Shown here one piece after another: positions 10,750-20,744 of a stretch of DNA of 64,000 nucleotides. Numbering within the stretch: position 1 is the stretch's first letter; every line of letters begins with the position of its first letter. This DNA is from an uncultured delta proteobacterium (GTDB lineage: Bacteria > Desulfobacterota > Binatia > UBA9968), in contig CAWJBB010000058.1 in NCBI GenBank assembly GCA_963840855.1, positions 32,001 through 96,000 on the forward strand. Direction: 5' to 3'. The position numbers were made by a program, and so were the translations under genes. The notes under the pieces were generated by a model. That model did no database searches. It had not been told where the DNA came from and saw only the letters and a list, made by a program, of their open reading frames with translations.

Positions 10750-11994
10750 CTACGCCGGCTCTTCAACCATCATGGGTTCTTCGCGTTTGCCTTCGTGAAT
10801 GGTTAGCACGATCAAGTTGGCGACAAACACAGTGCCGGCGAGAAAATAGAAGGCTGCGAGGATTCCCCAGCGGTCGGCTATGAAGCCGCAGATGACGGGC
10901 GATAGCGAGCTCAGCAGCGACTGCGAACCGGAAAAGAAGCTCACTGCGCTCCCGCCCAATTCCTTGGGGCTGAGATCGAGCACCCAGGCCCAAATCACCG
11001 GCCTGACGGCGTAGAGAAAAAATCCAAGGAACGCCAGACCAGTAACGAACAACCAGGTAAATTGAAAATAAGCGAGGATCACCAGGACGACGCTGGTCGA
11101 AAACAAACCCGCCGTTAACACCCGTTTTCTGCCGTTTTGGTCAGATATACTCCCGGCGATGGGTGTGCCGATCATGCCGGCGGTTTGAGTAACGGAAAGA
11201 TAAAGCCCGGCGACGGCGCTTGAAAGTCCCAGGTCATTGGTTAAGTAAATCGGCAAAAAGGTATGTAAACCCTGCTGCGTCATCGAACGCATGCCAGCCA
11301 CCAACACCAACGCCAGAATGCTTGGGTTCTGCGCCATTTTTTTCATCCCGGCCAGATACTCCTTGGCCGAGAGCCCTTTTTTTGATTGTGTCCGCGAGTT
11401 CAGCTTGCCGAACAGGAACTTCCATAAAATGAAAGCGATCACGATGCCGGGTATGAGATTGAGAAAAAGCACGTTGCGCCACGACAGATAAAGCAACAAC
11501 ACGCCGACCAACAGCGGCGCCACGCTCTCACCGATGTTCGGTCCGATGGCATGAATCGCGATGGCGAAGCCGCGCTTGTCAGGGTATTTTTCCGAGAGCG
11601 TCGATATCGCCGCGGGGTGCCACAGATAATTGCCCACGCCGACAAACGCCATGAACAGCGCCACCCAAAAAAAGTTGTGACTGACGCCGACTAGAAAGTA
11701 CGGCACGCCGGTTGCGATCAGGGCAAGCGCCATAAGCAAGCCCTTTTTGCCGATGATATCAACAAGCATGCCGGCAGGAATGTTAACTAACAGATTGGCC
11801 GCGACCCTAACGGTCACGAGGAAACCCGCCTGGCTGTAGCTCAGCCCCATTTCCTTCACCAAAAAAGGCAGGAGCAGATAAAACGTCGCCGGGCACCAAT
11901 GGGTAAACGTGTGACCTAAGGCGACGAGCCACAATAACGAGTCGGTTTGCCGCATTTGGCGAACTTGTTCGGTGAGCGCGGTGCGTATGGACAT
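10750..11994 (-). CDS. MFS transporter (Fsr-like)
   Basis: About 12 hydrophobic segments; GMLVDIIGKK and GSISDQNGRKR motif A; WHPAAIS. Confidence 0.9.
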   Translation of the reverse strand: MSIRTALTEQVRQMRQTDSLLWLVALGHTFTHWCPATFYLLLPFLVKEMGLSYSQAGFLVTVRVAANLLVNIPAGMLVDIIGKKGLLMALALIATGVPYFLVGVSHNFFWVALFMAFVGVGNYLWHPAAISTLSEKYPDKRGFAIAIHAIGPNIGESVAPLLVGVLLLYLSWRNVLFLNLIPGIVIAFILWKFLFGKLNSRTQSKKGLSAKEYLAGMKKMAQNPSILALVLVAGMRSMTQQGLHTFLPIYLTNDLGLSSAVAGLYLSVTQTAGMIGTPIAGSISDQNGRKRVLTAGLFSTSVVLVILAYFQFTWLFVTGLAFLGFFLYAVRPVIWAWVLDLSPKELGGSAVSFFSGSQSLLSSLSPVICGFIADRWGILAAFYFLAGTVFVANLIVLTIHEGKREEPMMVEEPA

Positions 11995-12144
11995 GAAATG
12001 TTTTCCTGAAGCTTTGTTAATTTTCTATTTCTTAGACCGCTCCCGCCAAGTTTACAAGCAGCGAGGCGATTAGCGGCTGCTGGTAAACGCTCTTCGCAGG
12101 CTAATCAAAAAGATCTCAGAGGCGAGGCGCGCAGTTTTCGCTAT

Positions 12145-12244
12145 TCGTGTTCGTGGTTCGTGTTCAAAAACCGAGCACGATCACGAGTCACGAGCACGAT
12201 TCGCCCGCGAGGCGATTGAGCGCACCCTTCGACAAGCTCAGGGC
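12145..12244. repeat. Intergenic REP cluster
   Basis: tcgtgttcgtggttcgtg / cacgagtcacgagcacga palindrome (also at ~56223-56281) plus cccttcgacaagctcagggc. Confidence 0.6.
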
Positions 12245-12256
12245 AATCGGCGAAAG

Positions 12257-13435
12257 CTATGAGGCTTTTTCAGCAGCCTGCGCCGCGAAGGAAAACGCGT
12301 CATAACCTTCGTGAATGAGACGAATGACTTCGTCTTTTTTCGGATCGCGGTTGACGCCCACCGGGTCTCTACCTTCTTGCACCGCAAGAATCTGCTCGCG
12401 CAGGAGTTTGCGGTACATGATGACACCGCGGTCCCCTTCACCCAGGTGTTCGTTGGCGCGGTCGGCTATGGGGCCCTGGGTCTCCCACGCCATGTGGTCC
12501 TGGCTGGCAAAGCTTTCCATATGGAACTCGCCGTCTTCGTTCTTGGTGCGGACATACTCGATCGGCGCGTCCTCGGGCTGCGCCACGACACTGCCATCCT
12601 TGCTCGGCGCGAAGCGGAACTGAATGACTTGCGTGTTTTGGTCATCGATGGGCGTGCGAAAATGCATGGCGTAACCCATGCGCACGGGAACGAAGAGAAG
12701 GTTGGGAAAAACCAACGGGTGCGGTGATTCCACCGGGCCATCTTCGCCCGCGAAGGTCCTTTGTTTTTGAATCCCCGCCCAGCTGGGATTGACCACCAGT
12801 TCAAAATCGATCTTGCTCAGCCGCTGATAATGAAAGGGTACGAAGTCTCTGGTCCCTTTGGTTTTTAGCGTGTGCGAGTGAAGATAATACGTATGCGTCG
12901 GATCGACGGAGTTCTCCATCGCCTGGAGCCAATTGCAGCCAAGCACCTCGCAAATGTCGATTTTCTTCAAGCCGTCCTCGCGCACGAGTAGATCCCACTT
13001 GGGTAAAGTCGGCTTTTTCTCCGGCGGTCCCATGTAGGCGAACAAAAGCCCCGCGAGTTTTACCACCGGGTAGGCTGGATGCTGAATTTTCTCCTTGAAA
13101 CCGGCCTCCGGACTCTCGAAGGGCTGGTCGATGCATTTGCCGCACGCGTCGTATTTCCAGCCATGATAGGCACAGCGGATGCCGTCTTCCTCGACGAATC
13201 CGTAATAGAGCGATACGCCGCGGTGCGAACACTTTTCGGCGACGAGACCGTAATTTCCTGTACGGTCTCGATAGAGGACCAGATTTTCGCCTAAAATTTT
13301 TACTTTCTTTTTTGGTTTTTCGTCGCTGAGCTCCGCGGCGGCCGCCACCACATGCCAATAACGCCTCAGCAGTTGTCCCGCGGGCGTCCCAGGACCTACG
13401 CGCGCAAGCAAATCGTTTTCTTCGTGACTGAGCAT
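12257..13435 (-). CDS. Rieske non-heme iron oxygenase alpha subunit (phthalate 4,5-dioxygenase/LigX-like)
   Basis: CSHRG...CAYHGWKY Rieske motif; ENSVDPTHTYYLH iron motif; start MLSHEEN follows AAGGAG. Confidence 0.92.
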   Translation of the reverse strand: MLSHEENDLLARVGPGTPAGQLLRRYWHVVAAAAELSDEKPKKKVKILGENLVLYRDRTGNYGLVAEKCSHRGVSLYYGFVEEDGIRCAYHGWKYDACGKCIDQPFESPEAGFKEKIQHPAYPVVKLAGLLFAYMGPPEKKPTLPKWDLLVREDGLKKIDICEVLGCNWLQAMENSVDPTHTYYLHSHTLKTKGTRDFVPFHYQRLSKIDFELVVNPSWAGIQKQRTFAGEDGPVESPHPLVFPNLLFVPVRMGYAMHFRTPIDDQNTQVIQFRFAPSKDGSVVAQPEDAPIEYVRTKNEDGEFHMESFASQDHMAWETQGPIADRANEHLGEGDRGVIMYRKLLREQILAVQEGRDPVGVNRDPKKDEVIRLIHEGYDAFSFAAQAAEKAS

Positions 13436-13519
13436 GGCATAAACTCCTTTATCGTACTCAACGCGGCTTTGATCCGATGCGACGATGCTATGCGATGGCT
13501 TCGTGGGTGTCAATGTAAA

Positions 13520-13616
13520 GGAGGCGAAGGTGTGGGCGGGTGATCCTCGCAAGGGAGAGCGATGTAGGCCCCCGTGCATGCCCGAATCCGGGCGACCACA
13601 GGGGGTCGCCCCTACA
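13520..13616. repeat. REP-like element gggcgaccacagggggtcgcccctaca
   Basis: GC palindrome in the intergenic region; explains the spurious N-terminal extension of the Rieske ORF. Confidence 0.55.
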
Positions 13617-13698
13617 AATATTCACGAACTAAACCACTACTCTAAAAAACACGACCGTACTCCTCGTATCTCACTCGCTCCGCTGCTACACTATTTAT

Positions 13699-14148
13699 GT
13701 GAACTGGCAAGAAAACCTGGTCGACGATTCAGATCAAATCGCCGCCTTGATCCGGCAGACCAAACGCATCGCCGTTCTCGGCATCAAGACCGAAGCGCAA
13801 GCCGACCAGCCTTCCGTTTACGTGCCGCTGTATATGCAACGGGCCGGATACGAGATCGTTCCGGTGCCAGTATATTACCCGGATGCGACTGAAATCTTGG
13901 GTGAAAAGGTCTATCGGCGACTCACCGACATCCCCGGCGATATAGACATGGTCGATGTCTTTCGCCGTCCCCATGACATCAACAGCCATATCGAAGATAT
14001 TCTCGCTAAGAAACCGCCTTTAGTTTGGTTTCAGAGCGGCATACGCAACGATGCCGCGGCGGAAATCTTCGCCAAGGCCGGGATAAAGGTGGTCCAAGAC
14101 CGCTGACTTATGGTCGACCACCGGCGGTTCGCCGGTGCAGTCCGCTGA
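13699..14148 (+). CDS. CoA-binding protein (YccU/COG1832-like), probable selenoprotein with in-frame TGA at 14104-14106
   Basis: IAVLG, GYEIVPVP, DMVDVFR, VWFQSGIRN; reading through gives VVQDR-U-LMVDHRRFAGAVR*, matching the family end DRCxxxEH. Confidence is for the family; the Sec call is about 0.65. Confidence 0.85.
14116..14142 (+). promoter_or_regulatory. Putative bacterial SECIS hairpin
   Basis: gac-caccggcg-gtt-cgccggtg-ca-gtc; the G-containing loop is about 20 nt after the TGA and there is no adjacent U-tract on either strand. Confidence 0.6.
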
Positions 14149-14174
14149 AAGGAAGTACTTTTTTCGGCACCCTG

Positions 14175-15299
14175 CTAGGTCAAAAGATGGCGCGTCAAGT
14201 CGAGATTGGCGGTGAATGCCTCCGGCCGCGGTAGTTTCACGGAAGAATTGTAGATGATGAGAGGAATGTTCGACTCATGGAGGGAGCCGTGTGAACGGTA
14301 ACCGCGTTCGAGCTTTTCCATCGGTCCGGTAAGTTCGCCAAAAACAGTCTGGGCATCGCCGAAAACTGCCAAATCACCTATCCGTTCGGCCATAAGATCG
14401 TACTTTTCCGCGGCTTCTCGACGCGGTAGGACGGCCTCCACGCCCGTGAGACTCTTGAGTGTCTGCGTCACTATTTGTTCGTCTTCCGGCGAGTTAAGCC
14501 AGACCCACGCGGCGCCACCGAACGTTCGGTGGTGCTTGACGTAACGGTCTTTTTCCGCCGACAGCGCAAAACGCACCTCGACGCCCAATTCGTGGCAAGC
14601 CTTGGCGAGGTCCCAACAGCGAGTTTTGTAGTTCATACCATGATCGGCCGTAAGCAAGAACGCGGCATCCGGCGCCGCTTCCAGCGCTTTGGCTAAGAGC
14701 CCATCTAGCCTTTCCAAGTGTTCTTTCGACTGCCGTTCTTCCGGAGCCCAAGTGTGCATTGGAAAGTCGGTGGTATGAACATACAGTAAGCCGATGTCCT
14801 TACGGTGTTTGAGCAGGTCGACGGCCACTTCCCACAGCCAGTAATTGATCTCGCAGCTGTAGATATTGGCCGGCTTGCCGTAGAGACCAACCCACTCAGC
14901 GGGCGGCGCTTCCGCGGCGATCGCGATTTCCGCGCCTTTGCCGAGCAGGTGAATGGTTTTGACTTTGGCGGTGAGCAGCGCCGATTTCACACCGCGGGCC
15001 GCGGCCCGCTGAATGATGGTCGGAACCCGAATGAACTCCGCGCTTTCCATATAATCGGCCACGCCGGTTTGTTCGTTGAAGTAGGAGTTGCCTGTAATGC
15101 CGTGATCCTTCGGCCATGCGCCGCAGCAAATGGATACGTTGTTGGCGTTGGTGACCGTCGGGAAAACCGCGTCAACCCGCTTAAAAAAGCCGCGCTGGCA
15201 CATGAAGCGAAACGTCGGTAGAGAGTTCGCTTCGAGATAGTCCATGCCCAGACCATCGTACATGCCGATAACGATTCTTTGTGCGCCGATCAGCGTCAT
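14175..15299 (-). CDS. Alkaline phosphatase superfamily, phosphonoacetate hydrolase (PhnA)-like
   Basis: DGLG, PTVTNANNVSI, HGITGN, TTDFPMH, TADHGM, RSHG...E. Confidence 0.8.
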   Translation of the reverse strand: MTLIGAQRIVIGMYDGLGMDYLEANSLPTFRFMCQRGFFKRVDAVFPTVTNANNVSICCGAWPKDHGITGNSYFNEQTGVADYMESAEFIRVPTIIQRAAARGVKSALLTAKVKTIHLLGKGAEIAIAAEAPPAEWVGLYGKPANIYSCEINYWLWEVAVDLLKHRKDIGLLYVHTTDFPMHTWAPEERQSKEHLERLDGLLAKALEAAPDAAFLLTADHGMNYKTRCWDLAKACHELGVEVRFALSAEKDRYVKHHRTFGGAAWVWLNSPEDEQIVTQTLKSLTGVEAVLPRREAAEKYDLMAERIGDLAVFGDAQTVFGELTGPMEKLERGYRSHGSLHESNIPLIIYNSSVKLPRPEAFTANLDLTRHLLT

Positions 15300-15380
15300 A
15301 GATAATACCTCCGAAAGCTAGCCCGGTTTATTCATAGTGTCTGACTCAGACGAAAGACAATACAAGTCAGTGGAACCGAG

Positions 15381-16235
<855 letters not shown>

Positions 16236-16242
16236 CGAAGGC

Positions 16243-17106
16243 TCACCACTCTCGCCAACTTTTCATCACGGCTACACCTGAGTTTCCGATCATGAGCAGG
16301 GCAACCAGGATCAACGCCGTTGCGTAGGCTTGATCGGAAGAACTGGCCTCGCTAACGAGGTAATACAAATGAGTCGGCAGAGTCATGACTGGAGATGAAA
16401 GTCCGATATCGCCTTTGGACAACACCACACTGGCGGTAAGCAACACCGGCGCCGCGGAGCCAAACGCATGACCGGCGGCAAGCACCACCGTCGCGAGAAT
16501 CCCGCCGAAAGCTTTGGGCAAAATATTTTTGCGGAACGCATAGGAACGACTCACGCCAAGAGCAAGCGCCGTTTCCCGGTATTTTGACTCGACGCCGCGA
16601 ATTGCCTCGTAGGCGCCGAGCAGCACAATCGGCAGCATGACCAACCCCAAAGTGATTCCCCCGGCAAGCAGAGAAACTTTCATGCGCAGCCCGACGACCA
16701 GCATCGCATAGCCAAACAATCCGTAGACAATTGCTGGAACTCCGGCGAAACAGGCGCTGCAAAGAGCCACCATGCGCTGCATGGTTTCCGGCGGGTTGTA
16801 TTCGCTGAGATAGATCGCCGCGCCCACTCCGAATGGCAGCGAAACCATGAGGCCCAGTGAGATGAGGGCGAGAGAGCCCTGGATCGCCGGCCGCATTCCG
16901 CCGCCGCTGCCCAAAGGAAAACCCTTGGGTGCCTGCCAAAGTAAATCCCAACTGATCGCTTGGCCACCTCGGTAAAACAAGAAAACTATAATACAAAGCG
17001 GCAGCAGCGCGCCAAGTAGCCCGAAAATCCAAACACACAGGAAAAAAATCCGGTCCTGCCAAATGCGCAACTGCCGGTCCTGGGAAGCCAATTTAGGCGG
17101 CGTCAT
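16243..17106 (-). CDS. pstA: Phosphate ABC permease, PstA-like
   Basis: GAAIYLSEY, AGVPAIVYGLFG, TLPTHLY. Confidence 0.85.
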   Translation of the reverse strand: MTPPKLASQDRQLRIWQDRIFFLCVWIFGLLGALLPLCIIVFLFYRGGQAISWDLLWQAPKGFPLGSGGGMRPAIQGSLALISLGLMVSLPFGVGAAIYLSEYNPPETMQRMVALCSACFAGVPAIVYGLFGYAMLVVGLRMKVSLLAGGITLGLVMLPIVLLGAYEAIRGVESKYRETALALGVSRSYAFRKNILPKAFGGILATVVLAAGHAFGSAAPVLLTASVVLSKGDIGLSSPVMTLPTHLYYLVSEASSSDQAYATALILVALLMIGNSGVAVMKSWREW

Positions 17107-18109
17107 AGATGATCCTTTTTTTCAGGACGCCGATAAGCATGTTGATCGCAATGGTGACGACCATGAGGATCAATGCGGCCGAAAACAGGGCGTGATACTT
17201 GGGCGATCCCGCGGCGGCTTCGCCCAGTTCAGTGACGATGAGCGCGGTAAGGGGCTGGCCACGGTCGAAAGGAGACGTTGGCAGCGCCACGGAGTTTCCC
17301 GCCAACATAAGCACGGCAAGAGTTTCGCCCAGAGCGCGGGCCAGCCCCAGAGCCATAGCGGCAAACATTCCCGCGCCGGCATAGCGCATGACGATTTGGC
17401 GCACCAGCGACCATCGATTAACGCCGAGCGCCAGCGCCGCTTCCTTAAGATCGGCTGGCACGGCGCGAAAGGCCTCGGCGGAAGTCGTTGCCACGAAAGG
17501 CAGGATCATGACCGCCAGGATCAAACCGGCGGCAAGTAACGATTCGCCCGTGCTCATGTCGAGATTTTGTTCGAACCAAGGCACCAAGGTGACGTACCCG
17601 AAAAACCCATAAACGACGGAGGGGATGCCGGCGAGTAACTCTAGACAAGGCTGGAGTATTTTACGCACGGGCGCTGGGGCGACTTCCGCAAGAAAGATGC
17701 CGATGCCAAAACCCACCGGCGCCGCCGCCAGCAGCGCGACAGCCGTCACCGCCACTGTCCCGAGCAAAGCGTGACGCAAGCCAAATTTCGCCGGGCTCGC
17801 CAGCGGCTCCCAACTATCGGCAAGCAGCAATCCCCAAAGTCCACTTCCCTCGAAAAATGCCGGATAGCCTTCCCGCGCGATCATCAACGGCACCAGCAAA
17901 AGTGTTCCCACAGCAGCCGACAGAATTAAGATTCCAGCCAGGCCCATAATGAAATCCTTGCTAGCGGTCGGCGCAATCCGAGGACGTTGGCGACGATCCA
18001 ATCGGTGCCCGAAAATAGCCAGGCTTGCTGCGAACTTGTGGATGAATGAAGCGATCAATTCGCGCTCCGCACGGGAATATAACCATGCGCAGCGACGAGT
18101 TTTTGGCAA
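17093..18109 (-). CDS. pstC: Phosphate ABC permease, PstC-like (true start probably nearer 17950)
   Basis: ELLAGIPSVVYG, EAALALG, RALGETLAV. Confidence 0.85.
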   Translation of the reverse strand: MPKTRRCAWLYSRAERELIASFIHKFAASLAIFGHRLDRRQRPRIAPTASKDFIMGLAGILILSAAVGTLLLVPLMIAREGYPAFFEGSGLWGLLLADSWEPLASPAKFGLRHALLGTVAVTAVALLAAAPVGFGIGIFLAEVAPAPVRKILQPCLELLAGIPSVVYGFFGYVTLVPWFEQNLDMSTGESLLAAGLILAVMILPFVATTSAEAFRAVPADLKEAALALGVNRWSLVRQIVMRYAGAGMFAAMALGLARALGETLAVLMLAGNSVALPTSPFDRGQPLTALIVTELGEAAAGSPKYHALFSAALILMVVTIAINMLIGVLKKRIIYDAA

Positions 18110-18933
18110 CTGCTAAGCGCGTAATCGACAAAATGGCGCACGGCGGGCGAAGGCGGAGCTTTGACCACCATCAGCAACGGCCGCGCCAACAGATAGGCGC
18201 CGCTGGTCACGTTGGCGTCAGTCGGTTCGACGGTTTCCAGGGCAAATGCTTTGAGGGTCTTGCTATGAGTGGCAAGCCCGGCAGAGATATAGGCTATCGC
18301 GTTATTGTTGCTGTGGAGTTTTTCCAGCAGCGCGCCCTGAGAAGGCAACTGCAGGGCTTTCGGCGACAGTTTCCTCTCGCCCATGATTTTTTCCTGGAAT
18401 ATTTCGGTTGAGCCCGCCCCGGCGTCGCGGGTTAATAGAACAATCGGCTTTGCCGGCAAAGATCGGTCGATATCTTGGTAGGTCTTAACCTCGCCGGAAA
18501 AAATCCCAGCCAACTCAGCGGGCGTAAAATTTTTCTTGCGGCCGGCCAAAGGGTTCCGGCTATTGACCGCGATCGCCACCGCGTCTTTGCCGACGAGATG
18601 CGTCTGGTGATCACCGATCGTTTTCTTTTCTTGATCCTTCAGATCGCGCGATACCATGCCGATGTCGATGACGCCGCTGGCCAGCGATTTGACGCCAAAC
18701 CCCGAGCCGCCGCCGGTGACAAAAACCGTGGTGCTCTTCTTCGGCAGGGAGGCATCCACGCGATCCCAGGTTTGAAATTTTTCCATGAATTCACTGCTGC
18801 AATTGGCCATGACGGGTAGGAGCGTGGTGGACCCGCCGGTGCGAACCGTCGGATCCGGCTCGTCGGCGGCGTGCGCCGCCGCGGCCAAGAACATCACTCC
18901 GGCAAGCAAAAGCAATCTTTGAATTCTTTTCAT
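18055..18933 (-). CDS. pstS: PstS-like periplasmic binding protein
   Basis: Signal peptide; GGSTT, GGGSGFG, DIGMVSR, YLLARPL. Confidence 0.8.
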   Translation of the reverse strand: MKRIQRLLLLAGVMFLAAAAHAADEPDPTVRTGGSTTLLPVMANCSSEFMEKFQTWDRVDASLPKKSTTVFVTGGGSGFGVKSLASGVIDIGMVSRDLKDQEKKTIGDHQTHLVGKDAVAIAVNSRNPLAGRKKNFTPAELAGIFSGEVKTYQDIDRSLPAKPIVLLTRDAGAGSTEIFQEKIMGERKLSPKALQLPSQGALLEKLHSNNNAIAYISAGLATHSKTLKAFALETVEPTDANVTSGAYLLARPLLMVVKAPPSPAVRHFVDYALSSCQKLVAAHGYIPVRSAN

Positions 18934-19109
18934 GGCAGGTCTCCGTTCGATTTGGATTCTCGTGTCGGCGATCGAGCACGGTTCCGCGTTCCCGACTCGC
19001 CCACTTTTGGCTGCGAGCGTTACGAAAAGATTACAGCAGTATGAATTGCGCGTGATGAAGTATGGCTCTGCGTCGGCTCAGTCGATCGATTCTGAAGCGA
19101 CCGGCCGGG

Positions 19110-19408
19110 CGTCGCCGCTCGCCTACAAGGAGTTTCGGAGCTTCAGGAAAGGCGACGTCGTCTACATGAAAATGGCCAGCGGCGGCGGTTACGGCGATCC
19201 TCTGGAACGCGATCCGCAGTTAGTCTTGGAAGATGTCATCGACGGCCTAGTCTCCGAGCAAGCGGCGCGGGAGGTTTATGGCGTGGTTTTAGACGAACAG
19301 AAAGAAGCCGCAGATTTCGTGCAGACAAAGAGCCTGCGCGCCAATCTACAAAAAAGAGACTTGCGACCTCGAGCTGATGCGCCTTCCCGGTTAGTGTGGT
19401 GGAACTAA
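19110..19408 (+). pseudogene. C-terminal remnant of hydantoinase B/oxoprolinase
   Basis: KGDVVYMKMASGGGYGDPLERDPQLVLEDV...AREVYGVV with no N-terminal part. Confidence 0.75.
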
Positions 19409-19568
19409 GTGCGCAAATTTAATGAGCGCACTCCCCAACGTCATAGCCGCGAAAGCGGGCTTGTAGGGGCGGGTTTCAAACCCGCCCTTATCCTGGATTC
19501 CGGGTCGCGCCAGCTTGCCCGGAATGACGGCCGATATCTGCAACCGGACTTTGATTCCAGGACACCGG
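19391..19568. repeat. Composite MITE/REP, copy 1 of a ~100-bp direct repeat
   Basis: ccccaacgtcatagccgcgaaagcgggcttgtaggggcgggtttcaaacccgccctta..ctggattcc recurs within 22138-22237. Confidence 0.7.
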
Positions 19569-19597
19569 CAGCGCTTATAATTATAACAAGTTGCCGC

Positions 19598-20527
19598 TCA
19601 CGCCGCCTGGCGCAGTTTGTTTAACTGCCGGGCGATGAACGCCTTGATCTTTTCATATGCAAGGTCGGTGTTGGGACCGGGTTTGGCGACCCAACGGTGC
19701 TCGCTCCCTTTGAAGATCTCGAACTCGATCTGGCCGCCCGCCGCCCGATAAGTGTTGACGAATTTTTCCTGCACCGCGGGCCGGACGTTGTCATCGAGTT
19801 CCCCCTGCAAGACATACATCGGCGGCAACGCAACTTTCTCGCCGCGCTCGAGAATCTCTTGCGGATTGCCTTCGTGGATCGACTCCCACGGGTCAAAATA
19901 AGTTTTGCTGTTCTGGATCATTTGCTGCCACTCCCGCCTCTCAGCGTTCTGGTAGCGGGCGTATGGATCGCTCACCGGCGAGCGCGCCACGACGTATTTC
20001 ACCGTCGCGTCGACGTTAGGCGCTTCGGGCAACGGATGCGCGTTGTAGCGCGGATCCTGCGGGCGCATGGCGCAGAGTTCTATTTCGTGCCCGCCGCTGG
20101 AGCTACCCAACGCCGCGACGGTGGCGGGATCGCCGTTCCATTCTCGCGCCTTCGCCTTGAGCCAGCGAACACCATAATTAGCGTCCTGCACTGAGGCGGG
20201 ATAGGGCGCCTCCGGCGCGCGGGTTAAATCGATGGCCACGACTAGAATCCCGCTCCGCGCCAAACTTTCGTCCATCGGCGCGTTGGCGGTGCGGTCCTGG
20301 TTGTTCCACGCGCCGCCGTGCAGATCCAAGAGCGTTGGGAAGGGCCCTTCGCCTTGCGGTTGATAAACGCGCGCCATCAGCGTGCGCGCCGGTGCGCGGC
20401 GAAATTCGACGTCCGACACTTTGATTTCAAATTTGCCTCCAGGATTGTATGCGGCGGTCATAATCATTCCTCCCTTTGCGATGTTTGAAACAGGGCATCT
20501 ATCAGACATCGCATGGCATACCGCCAT
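19598..20527 (-). CDS. Alpha/beta hydrolase (HSL esterase-like)
   Basis: HGGAW, GSSSGGH, QGELDD, H near the C-terminus; start probably MIMTAA near 20467. Confidence 0.88.
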   Translation of the reverse strand: MAVCHAMSDRCPVSNIAKGGMIMTAAYNPGGKFEIKVSDVEFRRAPARTLMARVYQPQGEGPFPTLLDLHGGAWNNQDRTANAPMDESLARSGILVVAIDLTRAPEAPYPASVQDANYGVRWLKAKAREWNGDPATVAALGSSSGGHEIELCAMRPQDPRYNAHPLPEAPNVDATVKYVVARSPVSDPYARYQNAERREWQQMIQNSKTYFDPWESIHEGNPQEILERGEKVALPPMYVLQGELDDNVRPAVQEKFVNTYRAAGGQIEFEIFKGSEHRWVAKPGPNTDLAYEKIKAFIARQLNKLRQAA

Positions 20528-20587
20528 GGAGTTCTCCTGTCAAGGCGATTTTTGCGCACCCGATTTTTTCGGGGCCGTAAAAATCGG

Positions 20588-20686
20588 TTCAACGTTCCAG
20601 GTTCAATGTTCAAAGTGAAAAGAGTTGGATCAAAAGAGTTCGGCGTGGAGACGAAACGTTGAACTTTGAACATTGAACTTTGAACG
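20588..20686. repeat. Inverted heptamer array GTTCAAN / NTTGAAC
   Basis: gttcaacgttccaggttcaatgttcaaa ... ttgaactttgaacattgaactttgaac. Confidence 0.7.
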
Positions 20687-20744
20687 GGTCATCTGCATAA
20701 GTAGACGCCGCCGCGGCTCGCGTGATAAACGTGTTTGAATATCC

